Shown here: piece by piece, positions 1-10,362 of the stretch
Layout of the letters: each line of letters starts with the position of its first letter
How positions within the stretch are numbered: position 1 is the first letter of the stretch
NCBI GenBank assembly: GCA_965205425.1
Contig: CBDBGZ010000008.1
Span: 128,001 to 192,000 of the forward strand
Reading direction: 5' to 3'
DNA: 64,000 bases
DNA from: Nitrosopumilus sp.
GTDB taxonomy: Archaea; Thermoproteota; Nitrososphaeria; Nitrososphaerales; Nitrosopumilaceae
The notes under the pieces: generated by a model
Seen by the model: the letters and a program-made list of their open reading frames with translations, nothing else
What the model was told of the DNA's origin: nothing
Database searches by the model: none
Program-made: the position numbers and the translations under genes

Positions 1-558
1 TGCAGGAATTTTTGTAAATATTGCCAGGCCCAACATTATTCCAGAAAGAGGTGCTAGCCACATCTTACCTTGAGGTTTAGTAAAATGAATTGCAAGTAGA
101 ATAGATGCTAGTAAAAATGGCAAAAGAATTGAATCAAGTAAAATTCTATCTAAAACCCAAGTGTAAGGCATTACTGCAAATAAAGTAGAAGATAATATCG
201 CAACATTGTGACTAAATTTCTCTTTTGCAATAAGATAAACAAGAAATGTACTAACTATTGCAACTAGTCCCATGAATACTCTAGGAATCAAGTAAAGATT
301 CTGTAGAGATTCTGGATCAGTAAGAGTGCCATTGTGTGGATAACCTGTAATTTGTAAAACACCTGCAAGAATAATCTGACCAAAATAAGGATGATCATAG
401 AGATAGCTTTCTTGAGGATTTCCAGTATCCATCATATTCATTGCTCTTCGCATGTAAATTCCCTCATCAAAGAAAATATCCGGAAATCCAACAGGGTTAA
501 GAAGATGAATAAAACTTGCTAGAACTAGAGGAATAAGAAATAGAAATTTTTTCTTCAT
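1..558 (-). CDS. GT-C fold (PMT/ArnT-like, family 39) membrane glycosyltransferase, runs off window start
   Basis: Hand translation from ATG 558: MKKKFLFLIPLVLASFIHLLNPVGFPDIFFDEGIY...YDHPYFGQ; DE and DHP motifs plus hydrophobic helices. Confidence 0.75.
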   Translation of the reverse strand, partial: MKKKFLFLIPLVLASFIHLLNPVGFPDIFFDEGIYMRRAMNMMDTGNPQESYLYDHPYFGQIILAGVLQITGYPHNGTLTDPESLQNLYLIPRVFMGLVAIVSTFLVYLIAKEKFSHNVAILSSTLFAVMPYTWVLDRILLDSILLPFLLASILLAIHFTKPQGKMWLAPLSGIMLGLAIFTKIPA

Positions 559-736
559 TTTAGTAAACTTTGGTAAATATTATTCATTTTTTAACTCTCC
601 TAACAATCATCCATAGTTGCAGTTCCTTTTCCCATGTTCAGAGAAAGATCACATAAACTTGAGCATATCTTTAATTTTCAAGAAATTACACTCGAAAAAA
701 TAAATCCCAATCATTTCAAAACAGCATCATGGCCAG

Positions 737-1087
737 TTACATTACAGAATTTTTAAAATCGTTGATTGAAGACATTGTATTTTTTGTCTGATGCCCAATA
801 TCATGAAGAGTGGAACCATTGTATTTTTTGTCAAGATATCTACCTGCAACAATCATGGGACCACCAATAGCACAAGTTACACCAGTAGGTTCAGGGACCC
901 ATAACATCAAAAACCCAATTTTCTGGAGTTTCTTTCCAGGGGCAGGGGCTTTCTGGAGAGCGCCTAATGAACGAGCGGTGTGAGTATCATCCATTTGTGT
1001 GACTTCAGTATACAAATTTGCTCTACGTTTAGCTGAATCAGAGAATTTTCTCAATTTATCTAGACGTTCCTTTAGAGGATCAACCAT
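737..1087 (-). CDS. hypothetical protein
   Basis: 116-aa ORF, central hydrophobic PEPTG segment. Confidence 0.6.
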   Translation of the reverse strand: MVDPLKERLDKLRKFSDSAKRRANLYTEVTQMDDTHTARSLGALQKAPAPGKKLQKIGFLMLWVPEPTGVTCAIGGPMIVAGRYLDKKYNGSTLHDIGHQTKNTMSSINDFKNSVM

Positions 1088-1222
1088 TCCAACCTTGATT
1101 TAGAAGAAAATAGTTAACAACCAGAGATCAACTACGGTCACTTTCAAGTCAACAAAGAATAACTAAAATCGACTCAAAAAGACACCCAATTATACTAGAT
1201 TTTGTTTAGATACAAAGACCAC

Positions 1223-1687
1223 ATGAAATCTAAAAACTCCAAACGATTGGATTCTATTAAAGCAGCACACCAGTACGAAAGGACCCATTCAAGTACAAGA
1301 ATGGAGGATTATTTAGAAATTATTTCAGAATTGGTGGAACTAAAAGGATATGCAACTACATTAGACATTTCAAGATACATGAATGTAAGTGCACCAAGTG
1401 TCACCAAAATGTTACAGCGACTTGATGAAAACGGATTTTTAGAATACGAAAAGTACCATGGAATCAATCTAACGAATAAGGGAATAAAAATTGCAGAAGG
1501 AATACGACAAAAACATGGGATATTGCTAGAATTTTTTGAAATTTTAGGAGTAGGATATAACACGGCAAATCAAGATACAGAAGGGATTGAACATCATCTA
1601 AATCCAAAAACAATCAAACAATTAAGAAAATTTATCACTTTTCTAAAAGCAAATCCAAAGATTATTGATAATTTTAAAAATCTTTAA
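1223..1687 (+). CDS. DtxR/MntR-family metal-dependent transcriptional regulator
   Basis: MEDYLEII, VSAPSVTKMLQRL HTH, EGIEHHL metal site; ATG 1223 preferred over TTG 1202. Confidence 0.92.
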   Translation: MKSKNSKRLDSIKAAHQYERTHSSTRMEDYLEIISELVELKGYATTLDISRYMNVSAPSVTKMLQRLDENGFLEYEKYHGINLTNKGIKIAEGIRQKHGILLEFFEILGVGYNTANQDTEGIEHHLNPKTIKQLRKFITFLKANPKIIDNFKNL

Positions 1688-3494
1688 GATAAATTTTGAT
1701 ATCATTTTGTGAGGACGTAAAATCCATCAGATTCCTTGCAACATCAGAACGTTTTGGTATTTTGATTTGTCCTTTTTTTCCGATTCTAACAGATGCAATA
1801 AACTTCTCATTACCATAGATATCAGCATGCATTGAAGAGAAATCCCTATTGACCGTAAGTAGTAAAGCAGTTTTTGATTCTGAAAAACTAAATGGTAAAT
1901 CACTAGAAGTAAGTGAAACTTCATCAGATGTTTTTTCAACTACATCAATGTGTACTTGGAGGGATTTTTCAATTTCATTAATGTTTGATCCGCCTCGCCC
2001 AATTATAGATGCAATATTTTGTTCATTTACCATTACTTTTACTCTGTTATCAGATAAAATTTCAACTTCAGCGTGAGGATCATAACGACGAAAAGTTTCT
2101 TTGATTTTTTCTTCAGCTAGTTTTTCAATTCCTATTTTATCTACTTTTTTACCAACAGGTACAATGACATTTTCTTCTCCAAATGTGTAAATTTCATGCT
2201 CTAAAACATTATCTTCAAAATTTCTGATTTCAATGACAGGTCTAGCCAAATCAGATTCGGTCATTCCAGTAGGTACTTTTACTTTTAATTCTAAATCATA
2301 GACTTTTTGAATTCCACCATCTTTAACAAAAACAACAGTATCCAAAACATTGGGAATAATTCCCAGTTCTATTTTTCCAATAAAACGTTGAATTGCATCT
2401 AGGGGAGAATTTGCATGTACAACACCAACCATTCCAACACCAGTTAATCGTAAATCAGCAAAAGTTGCAAAATCTTCTCTTCGTCTTACTTCATCAAAAA
2501 TTGTATAATCAGGTCTTACAAGTAATAAAATATCTGCAGTATTGTCAAAACTGCCATCTAGTTTACTATATTGAGTTACTCCAGAATCTACTTGTAAATC
2601 ACGTGGAGATTCAAATGTTTTAACAATTTTCCCTTTATTGTGATAAAAATTTGCAAGACCAGATGCAAGAGTACTTTTTCCAGAGCCAGGAGCACCAGAA
2701 ATTACAATGCCTTCAGCACTGTCAGAAAAACGCTCCATTAATTTTTCAGAGATGGTGTAATCATCAAGAGATAATTTAACGATTGGGTGAACTATAGTAA
2801 TTTCAAAAGATTCAGAGAAAGGAGGATATGTAATTGCTATTCTGTAATCGCCATGCTGAACAACAGATGCTCCAGTTTTAGATATCTCTAACGTACTAGA
2901 ATCAAAAATATTTACTACATCTAAAATTTGAGATGAAATCATTTCCAAATAATCTTTTGAAAGAGTTTCGTCATTAATCTGGGTTAATTGGAATGAACCG
3001 GGTTTACCTTTTTTTGCTAAAGGGTATTGATTCTCTTTAAGATGAATGCTCATAGTTTCAGAGTCAAAAAATTTAAGGAATTCTAAGGATTCATTTTTAA
3101 TTTTAGATTTAAGAAAAACAGTTTCAACGTCTTCAGCTTGAGCAACTAAATGTTGTACATGATCAGAAGTATATAGAATAGCACCATATTGTTTTGCCAT
3201 ATCAACTATCAATGCATCAATTCTCCCACTACTGGCAAGCTTTACATCATCAGAAGTTGGATGATTTCCACTTACAAGGATGTTCAACCCATGACTGCCA
3301 GATAAGGATTTGAGTTTTCTAATTCTCTCAAGACCAATGAACCCTTGTTCTTTTTTCTTGGAAGCTTGTGATTGAAGTTCATCAAAAACCGCTTGAGGGA
3401 TAATGATTTCAAAATTTCGAATACTGCCAGATTCTATCTGAGAAACTAACTGACCATTTATGATGACACTAGTATCTGCAACAATTTTTGACAT
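1674..3494 (-). CDS. PIN-domain ATPase with KH domain (PINA-like)
   Basis: N-terminal IVADTS PIN motif, Walker A GAPGSGKS, FDEVR, KH motif IIGRGG. Confidence 0.92.
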   Translation of the reverse strand: MSKIVADTSVIINGQLVSQIESGSIRNFEIIIPQAVFDELQSQASKKKEQGFIGLERIRKLKSLSGSHGLNILVSGNHPTSDDVKLASSGRIDALIVDMAKQYGAILYTSDHVQHLVAQAEDVETVFLKSKIKNESLEFLKFFDSETMSIHLKENQYPLAKKGKPGSFQLTQINDETLSKDYLEMISSQILDVVNIFDSSTLEISKTGASVVQHGDYRIAITYPPFSESFEITIVHPIVKLSLDDYTISEKLMERFSDSAEGIVISGAPGSGKSTLASGLANFYHNKGKIVKTFESPRDLQVDSGVTQYSKLDGSFDNTADILLLVRPDYTIFDEVRRREDFATFADLRLTGVGMVGVVHANSPLDAIQRFIGKIELGIIPNVLDTVVFVKDGGIQKVYDLELKVKVPTGMTESDLARPVIEIRNFEDNVLEHEIYTFGEENVIVPVGKKVDKIGIEKLAEEKIKETFRRYDPHAEVEILSDNRVKVMVNEQNIASIIGRGGSNINEIEKSLQVHIDVVEKTSDEVSLTSSDLPFSFSESKTALLLTVNRDFSSMHADIYGNEKFIASVRIGKKGQIKIPKRSDVARNLMDFTSSQNDIKIYLKDF

Positions 3495-3571
3495 TTTTAG
3501 ATCAATTGTTCAATTATTTTATACCCTAAATTACTTTCTTAAATTAGAGTCTTAATTGATTCTAAAACACC

Positions 3572-3668
3572 GTTAAAATCAAATGGTTTTGATATGTATG
3601 AGGAAGCCAAACTCTTTTGAATTATTGCAGGGTCAAATATTATAGTTAAAATCAAATGGTTTTGATAT
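3572..3668. repeat. 36-bp direct repeat GTTAAAATCAAATGGTTTTGATATGTATGAGGAAGC flanking a 37-bp unique insert; second copy split by ISH3
   Basis: Copy 1 3572-3607, insert 3608-3644, copy 2 = 3645-3668 + 4994-5005 after removing the IS and one TSD. Confidence 0.9.
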
Positions 3669-4988
3669 CAGTAGATGGGAAAGTAACTCAAATTACACAT
3701 TCTAGGAAATAATTATTTTTGTTATTTCTAAAGTAATGAATAATTATCTTTACAAAGAAATATTTGAGAATTTCAATTGATATTATTGGTTTGTGATTTT
3801 GTACATTAGTTTCTTCTGAGATAATCAAATTAGCAATTATCCATGCATTGTACAAAATCAATGAATAGTAAAAATACAACAATCTTATGGATTGGTTTGA
3901 ACTGGTGGTTTTTGGTCTGAACCTTCCCACACATGCATAGCCTGTTTCAATCCCCCAACGTTTCTTGTAATCAGTTGGAATGTTTTGTATGTTATATGAT
4001 ATTTCTTTTGGTGAAACGTTTGTTGCAAACACAACATACTGATCAATAATATCTGATTTTTTTCTTGCATTTTTGTTTGGCAGAATAACTAGATTAAATG
4101 ATTCTACATGTCCTGATGATGATTTTATTGTGTATGGCGAGATTGACTTTCTATCTCCATTAACGTATTGTACAATTGCATCTTTGATTCGAGAATTCTT
4201 TTTTGCAGGCATTAGAAATTTTAAATTCCTTTGTTTTATTTCTGAAATTGTTCCAGCTGTGAAAAACTCCCTATCCACTAGCAATAGTTTAATCTTGATT
4301 CCATTATTGATGCCATCAGAGAGTAATTTACGCACAAAATCGGCATTTGATTTGTTGTCATACAAAGGATAACAACCTAATTGAGCCCTGATTCTTTTTT
4401 CAACGCACTGCATGGTGCAGTAACTCTCAAAATGAGTAGTACTGTTTTTTGATTTTGATTTTATTAAAGAATGGTTTGGCAATTTGTCATATCTTGGGAT
4501 TAGATGTTTGTCAATTGCTACAGTAACTGGTTGCTCCAATACTCCCAATTCTTGTAATTTTGATATGGTACTATCCAGTGAACGATGTAATTGAATTTGC
4601 ATTGTTTTTTGTGATATTTTTGATATGATTTTTCTCAACCATGAAACCAGTTGGAGAAGCATTATCTGATTCCATTGCCAGTCTCTTTAATCCAGATTCA
4701 GAATATGAATTTCCCAAACACAATGACATGATAGAATTATGTGCATCTGCATTGTGGAACCGTGAGTTATTTTTACTAGAGCATGGAAACAATAAGATAT
4801 TGTACATTATTTTAGTGATAATCTCAAATGCTTTAGATAGTATCACGCCTTGGTGTGTCATGGTATCAAATGAAGTACAATGCATATTTGATGGAGTGAC
4901 ATACTTTCATCAAGCTTTTTCTATCTGAATAGATTGATTGAATAATTGATAGTTTTTGATCTAAATTGAGTTACTTTCCCATCTACTG
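3669..4988 (-). mobile_element. ISH3-family IS copy 1 (frameshifted transposase)
   Basis: TIR CAGTAGATGGGAAAGTAACTCAA at both ends; 5-bp TSD GATAT (3664-3668/4989-4993). Confidence 0.92.
3688..4885 (-). pseudogene. ISH3 DDE transposase with +1 frameshift near 4645
   Basis: ORFs 4571-4885 and 3688-4662 together match intact 60368-61564; VAIDKH, LLVDREF, YKKRWGIETGY motifs. Confidence 0.88.
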
Positions 4989-5241
4989 GATATGTATGAG
5001 GAAGCACCATGATCTAAACATTGTTGAATTACTTTTTGATCATCACTTGCAGTAATTAGAATTATTTTTGCTTTAGGATCATACTTCATTACTTCTTGCA
5101 CAACTGTAAACCCATCTTTTTTTGACATTGCTAAATCAAGTAATAGGATTTGAGGATTATGTTTTTGATAGAAATCAACTGCTTCAGCACCATCAATTGC
5201 TTCGGCTACTACCTCATGTTCTCCAATTGATAAAATATCTT

Positions 5242-6150
5242 GGTGATTGTAAACCTATTACCACCAACTATTTTTGAGTAATTATTGGAAAAAACAATCA
5301 ACATAATTGAGTTATCTAAAATAATTCACAACAAATCAACTGCATTGGAATTTCTCTGCAACCAATTCAAAAAGAAAAACACAATTCATTGTTCATCATG
5401 TAACTCTGAGAATTACTATATTATTTCAAGAGGGAAACTAAGATGCAAAGATTGCAAGACAGATTATAGACCGTTTGCTGGAACATGGTTTGATATCATC
5501 AACATTAATTTTACAAAATGGTTGGCCCTAGTCAAACTATTTGATATTGGGATTAGTGCAAGACGTGCAGCTAGAGAAGCAGATGTCAGTTATCCAACTT
5601 GCACTAAATGCTTTTGATTGCATCAGATATGCCATACTGTATCATCTGGCAGAATCAGACAAGAAACTAAAAGGGAAAATTGAGGCTGACGAGGCGACTA
5701 TTTTGGAGGAAAAAGAAAGGGAAATCGTGGCAGAGGTGCCAAGAACAAGACCATCGTATTTGGCATACTGGAAAGAAAGGGAAAAGTTCACGTTGAGATT
5801 GTAAACAATGTCAAGGCAAAGACATTGCTTGCAGGAACAATCAAGAAAGTAAAGAAAGGAAGCATTGTGTATACGGACAAGAGGAGAGGATATGATTCGC
5901 TAGTTTTCAACGGCTACAAACATCTCTCAATAGGCCACAGCAAGATGTTTGGCAAAGGTGATGTGTACATCAATGGGATTGAAGGGTTTTGGAGTTTTGC
6001 AAAAGAGAACATGGCAAAGCATCACGGAGTAAGTCCAGATAAATTCTTGTTATACATCAAAGAGATGGAGTGGAGATACAATAACAGGAATTCTGATCTA
6101 TTTGAATTGTTGTTGAAATACATGTTAGGGGTAGAATATACCTAATCACC
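5242..6150 (+). mobile_element. IS1595-family IS (degenerate)
   Basis: Imperfect TIRs starting GGTGATT; N-terminal CxxC..CxxC Zn finger, EADE, VYTD, NGIEGFWS, EMEWRYN motifs. Confidence 0.85.
5285..6145 (+). pseudogene. IS1595 transposase split over three frames
   Basis: ORFs 5285-5617, 5541-5804 and 5825-6145 carry successive motifs. Confidence 0.85.
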
Positions 6151-6299
6151 AAGATCTATTCATGTGCGGACCCAGTTAGATTAGAACTTTAAGAGACATA
6201 ATTTTGTGAAAAAATTACAAAAAACAGGAAAAAATCAAAAGAAAAAATCATGAAAGAGATAGAAAATGCACAGGAACCATAAAGCCAACTTTAGTGTAG

Positions 6300-6374
6300 C
6301 GGACCCGACCGGATTCGAACCGGCGACCTATTGCTCCGCAAGCAATCGCACTATCCAAGCTATGCAACGAGTCC
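6300..6374 (-). tRNA. tRNA-Arg(GCG)
   Basis: Cloverleaf: acceptor GGACTCG/CGGGTCC, anticodon arm ATTGC-TT-GCG-GA-GCAAT, T-loop GTTCGAATC. Confidence 0.95.
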
Positions 6375-6412
6375 GAAAAGTTTTGGAAATTTACGCTTAA
6401 TTTGGATTGCTA

Positions 6413-7234
6413 TTAGTTAGATTCTGCAAAAATGTATGGCGTTTCATCTGATTCATGTAAAGTCCAAGTAGTTGGTAATGAAACACTTTGAATAGATTTT
6501 AGATTATTATCTTCAATCAAAGTCCCCCATCCAGCCTCATTTTTAGGATCAGGTGCATATTTTTGAGACAATGTTCCTGCAAACACCCATCCAGTTTTTT
6601 TCTTCAAATATGAAATAGAATTAATTGTGTTTAAGACTCCAGATGCAAGTGAAATTCCACCCATTTGTGCTAAACCGCCAATAAAAAATATTGGCTGAGA
6701 CAAATTCAATGAATCGTAATCAAAAGTTGTCGCATCAGAACAATATGGATGAAAATCAAGTGTAGATGTAAGAAGATTTTGTAATTCTACTAACATATCA
6801 TCTATTTCTACACTGTATGATTCCAAATCTAAAACTTTAGCACAAAAAGCAATTCTACCATCACCTGAACCAATATCAATTACTTGTAAATATCCTAATT
6901 CTTTTGCAAGCAACGAACCAATATACCCAGACATTATCCATGTAGGGGAAAAAGGGGCTTTGCTTGAACCATGTTGAATACTGTTTAGCCAATATTTGTT
7001 AATGTCACCCTCATACACAATACAATCAACAGAACCAATCTGTTTTTCAAAAGAATTATAGTAAATTGGATTCTTTGTTGCAAATTGATGTAACAATTCT
7101 AAATGGGATTCTTCAATTGGGAATAATTTTGATTTAGATTTTGGAATAACTTCTTGTATCTGACTTTTACCATCATAGACTCTAACAAACTCTTTTTTTA
7201 GTTCGACTAAATTTTTTGCAAGGTCTTCAATCAT
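6413..7234 (-). CDS. SAM-dependent methyltransferase-like protein
   Basis: VIDIGSGDGR motif I and downstream VEID; start uncertain (7234 vs 7264). Confidence 0.65.
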   Translation of the reverse strand: MIEDLAKNLVELKKEFVRVYDGKSQIQEVIPKSKSKLFPIEESHLELLHQFATKNPIYYNSFEKQIGSVDCIVYEGDINKYWLNSIQHGSSKAPFSPTWIMSGYIGSLLAKELGYLQVIDIGSGDGRIAFCAKVLDLESYSVEIDDMLVELQNLLTSTLDFHPYCSDATTFDYDSLNLSQPIFFIGGLAQMGGISLASGVLNTINSISYLKKKTGWVFAGTLSQKYAPDPKNEAGWGTLIEDNNLKSIQSVSLPTTWTLHESDETPYIFAESN

Positions 7235-7664
7235 GAGAAATTCCATTCTCATATTGTTCAACAAATTCTTTGGTACTCATTGTTTGACGTAACTCATCAA
7301 ACAACTTTGCATCAGATTCTGTTTGTTCTTTTGATTTTTCACCAGAATTTCCAGACTGCAGATTCTTTGTCAAGTCTTGAATCGAGATAGAGAGTTTTTC
7401 CATAATTTTTGGATGAATTGTACAATCAAATCTAGTTGAAATTAATTTTTCAATTTGCTGGATTTTCTCCAACAGTTCCTTAGGCTCAGAATCAGCCTGT
7501 GCTTTGAGCATTGTGGCCATAGATGAGACATTCATGACATTGTAGTATGTCTCTACAATTTCATGAATATTCATATCAGTTTTTGAATCAGCACCATCAA
7601 ACAAAGTTTCAAGTTTTTGGGATTCACTATCAAACATTTTAGAAATATCTTCAGCAGAAGTCAT
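7227..7664 (-). CDS. hypothetical helical protein
   Basis: 145-aa ORF overlapping the downstream gene. Confidence 0.7.
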   Translation of the reverse strand: MTSAEDISKMFDSESQKLETLFDGADSKTDMNIHEIVETYYNVMNVSSMATMLKAQADSEPKELLEKIQQIEKLISTRFDCTIHPKIMEKLSISIQDLTKNLQSGNSGEKSKEQTESDAKLFDELRQTMSTKEFVEQYENGISHD

Positions 7665-7703
7665 ATAGAAAAATTAAAGTTCAAATTTTTAAAAATGTTA
7701 GGA

Positions 7704-8417
7704 TTATGCTTCTTTTTCTGCTTTGTTGACATAGATGTAATTCATTATCAACCCAGCAATAATACCACCAACAATAGGTCCTACCCAGTATAACCATTGT
7801 ACTTCCCATAGTCCTGCATCACCAGATAGTAATGTTGGAGACAAAGATCTTGCAGGATTCATTGATGCGCCAGTTAAAGGAACTCCTACCAAGTGAAGTA
7901 AGAAAACCATTCCACCAATTACTGCACCATAAACACTCTTTGGGGCTTTCTTGTGAACTGCAGTCATAAAGATTACAGTGACTAAGAAGAATGTCAAAAT
8001 TATTTCAAGTACCAGTCCAGACATCAAGCTTCCACCAAGTAATTCACTTGGACCGCCATGTGCACCCCAGAAAACAGGTTTTCCAATTTCAGGGAACAGT
8101 GCTATCAAAGTACCAGTGGCAACTATTGCACCAATTATTTGAAATATGATATATGCAATTCCATCTGCGATTCCAATCTTCTTTGTAATCATCATAGGAA
8201 TAGTTACTGCAGGATTGATGTGAGCACCGGAAACATGTCCAAATGCATAGACCATAAATGCAATTGCTGCACCGTGACCTAGGGATATCATAATAATTCC
8301 TTCAATAGTTAGTCCATCTCCAAAAACGGATGCAGAAAGAATTACTGCCAATGGTCCAAAGAAGACCAAAGCAAATGTAGCAATTGCTTCTGCGAGCCAA
8401 TTTCTAGGACTAACCAT
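7704..8417 (-). CDS. aqpZ: aquaporin (MIP family)
   Basis: SGAHINPAVT and GASMNPARS motifs, six TM helices. Confidence 0.93.
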   Translation of the reverse strand: MVSPRNWLAEAIATFALVFFGPLAVILSASVFGDGLTIEGIIMISLGHGAAIAFMVYAFGHVSGAHINPAVTIPMMITKKIGIADGIAYIIFQIIGAIVATGTLIALFPEIGKPVFWGAHGGPSELLGGSLMSGLVLEIILTFFLVTVIFMTAVHKKAPKSVYGAVIGGMVFLLHLVGVPLTGASMNPARSLSPTLLSGDAGLWEVQWLYWVGPIVGGIIAGLIMNYIYVNKAEKEA

Positions 8418-8521
8418 GAGCTACAGCCCCGCCAGTTTCCATATAAAAGATTCGGACTCGGGAAGTGATCCAGATTCAAGTCAAAAAGGAATTAATTATG
8501 GATAAATCCATTTGAGAACAT

Positions 8522-8986
8522 ATGGTTTCTGAAGGAGATTCTGTTCCAAAATTTGCAGTAAATGATGCAAATGGTAACAAAGTAAAATCAAGTGATTTCA
8601 AGGGTAAAAAACATGCAATCTACTTTTACCCAAAAGATTTCACTCCAGGATGTACCACAGAGGCTGATGAATTTTCAAAGGATTACAAAAAATTCCAAAA
8701 AGAAGATATCGAGATAATTGGGGTAAGTCCAGATGATGTTGAATCCCACAAGAAATTCTGTGATAAAATGGGAATCAAATATCCATTATTAGCAGATGTC
8801 GATAAGGAAATCTCAAACGCGTTTGGAGTTTGGGGTAAGAAAAAATTCATGGGTAGAGAATACATGGGAGTAATGAGAAGTACATTTCTAGTAAATGAGA
8901 AAGGAAAAATTTTCAAAATATATCCCAAAGTCAAACCTGCAGGGCATTCTAAAGAAGTCCTACAAGATTTTCTAAATTTAAAATAA
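8522..8986 (+). CDS. bcp: Bcp/PrxQ peroxiredoxin
   Basis: YFYPKDFTPGCTTEA. Confidence 0.95.
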   Translation: MVSEGDSVPKFAVNDANGNKVKSSDFKGKKHAIYFYPKDFTPGCTTEADEFSKDYKKFQKEDIEIIGVSPDDVESHKKFCDKMGIKYPLLADVDKEISNAFGVWGKKKFMGREYMGVMRSTFLVNEKGKIFKIYPKVKPAGHSKEVLQDFLNLK

Positions 8987-9013
8987 AAAATAAAATAAGA
9001 GATTGTAGAAAAA

Positions 9014-9991
9014 TTAGAATCCTTTTGGTAGTGTTCCTCTAGATTCTTTTGGCTTTTCTTCTGCTGGAGAAGGAGCTTCAAATCCTTTGGGTAAAGTACC
9101 TCTACTTGCTGAAGCTCGAGCTTTTGCTTCTTTTTCAAGTAATTCATCAAATGCTTTTTCTTCATCTATTCTTTGTTGATCTAGTCTTTGCAAGTAATCA
9201 GCTTCATAATCTGCCAATTTTTCTCCTCTAGATTTTCCATCATCAGCAACATATGTTGATTGTTGTGGTGGCGGAGCTTGCTGTGTTTGCTCCATACCTT
9301 TTGGAAGTTTACCTTTTGCAGGTTTTGGTGGTTCTGGTGGTTCTGGTGGAGGCGTTTGTGTTTGAGTTTGTGCCTTAACACCTTCAACTGACATGTTAAT
9401 TCCACTAAAACTTCCAAATGTTTTATCAGGTGGATGGTATGCAAGTCTTGCTCTTGTTGCAAAGTATTGGTTTGATGCTGCAGTGTAACCAGTTACTGTT
9501 GCTTTTTGATCATTCCAATTTTTGGTTGGAACTTTACCTACAGGAGCAGTTAGTCTAACAAAGTATCTGTTAGGAGCTGGAGAATAACCTGTGACTTTGG
9601 CTCTATAATCATGGAATGATGTCATAGGAGCAGTCATGTATGCATTCTCTAATGCGTCTTGAACAGTTGCAGGAGGTTGTGTTGTTGTTTCAGCTGGTTT
9701 TGGTGCCTCTACAGGTTTTTCTTCCATTCCTTTAGGTAGTGTACCTTTTGGTTTGGTAGTTGCGGCAGGTCTCTCAGCAGGTTTTGCTGGAGCTGGTTTT
9801 GTATCCGTTCCTTTAGGTAGTGTACCTTTTAGTTTGGTCTCAGCTGGTTTGACCTCAGCAGGTTTAGTTTCTGCGGGTTTTGGTGCTGGTTTGGCTTCAA
9901 GCTGTGATGATAATTTTGTTAATTTTGCCTCTAGTTCTGCGATTTTAGACTCTAGATCTTTTTTTGTACTTGCTTTGCTTTTTGCGGCCAT
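9014..9991 (-). CDS. Pro/Lys/Ala-rich protein with repeated GTLPKG motifs (paralog A)
   Basis: 325-aa ORF; N-terminal coiled coil; core shared with 10363-11058. Confidence 0.8.
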   Translation of the reverse strand: MAAKSKASTKKDLESKIAELEAKLTKLSSQLEAKPAPKPAETKPAEVKPAETKLKGTLPKGTDTKPAPAKPAERPAATTKPKGTLPKGMEEKPVEAPKPAETTTQPPATVQDALENAYMTAPMTSFHDYRAKVTGYSPAPNRYFVRLTAPVGKVPTKNWNDQKATVTGYTAASNQYFATRARLAYHPPDKTFGSFSGINMSVEGVKAQTQTQTPPPEPPEPPKPAKGKLPKGMEQTQQAPPPQQSTYVADDGKSRGEKLADYEADYLQRLDQQRIDEEKAFDELLEKEAKARASASRGTLPKGFEAPSPAEEKPKESRGTLPKGF

Positions 9992-10102
9992 TCCTTACAG
10001 TAAATATTACATTGTTTATTTACATTTTGATCATCTAAAATTTTTATTCAAAATTATTAGTAAAAACAAACAAAAGTTTGTAAAAATTTCATTAGTTTGT
10101 GA

Positions 10103-10294
10103 TTAATCAGGTTCCCAAAATTGCATAACATACATGCAATTATTACATCGCCATAATCTAACATGAATTCCATTGTTAGTATCTGCAGCATAACTCCCAT
10201 CATCCATTTTCATTACTGTTGGAAGATAACTTAATTCAGTATTTTCAAGCCATTCATTTTGTTGACAGTTAGGGCATTTACTTTTTGGAGCCAT
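10103..10294 (-). CDS. small zinc-ribbon protein
   Basis: CPNC...CNNC. Confidence 0.7.
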   Translation of the reverse strand: MAPKSKCPNCQQNEWLENTELSYLPTVMKMDDGSYAADTNNGIHVRLWRCNNCMYVMQFWEPD

Positions 10295-10362
10295 GTATAG
10301 TATAATGTATGATCAAAGAAGAACATTACTATTAAAAATAGAAAATAGAAGATGTTTTTGAA

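Larger units (their letters stand above)
3539..5241 (-). pseudogene. CheY-like response regulator receiver: 5' end cut by IS1595, split by ISH3 and by a 36-bp duplication/37-bp insert
   Basis: 5241->4989 reads DILSIGEHEVVAEAIDG...LLLDLAMSKKDG...IILITASD...GASSYI; SKPFDFN follows across the ISH3; native end GVLESIKTLI* at 3571-3539. Confidence 0.85.

Noticed and set aside
3572..3668. Bona fide CRISPR locus
   Set aside because: Only two repeats, the repeat is coding sequence of a response regulator, and no leader or cas genes are present; kept as a finding instead.
4073..4372. Recurrent antisense ORFs within IS copies and core genes
   Set aside because: Shadow frames of real genes; recurrence reflects IS copy number.
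6166..6173. GCGGACCC matching the tRNA-Arg 3' end as an att site
   Set aside because: 8 bp is too short and no integrase is adjacent.
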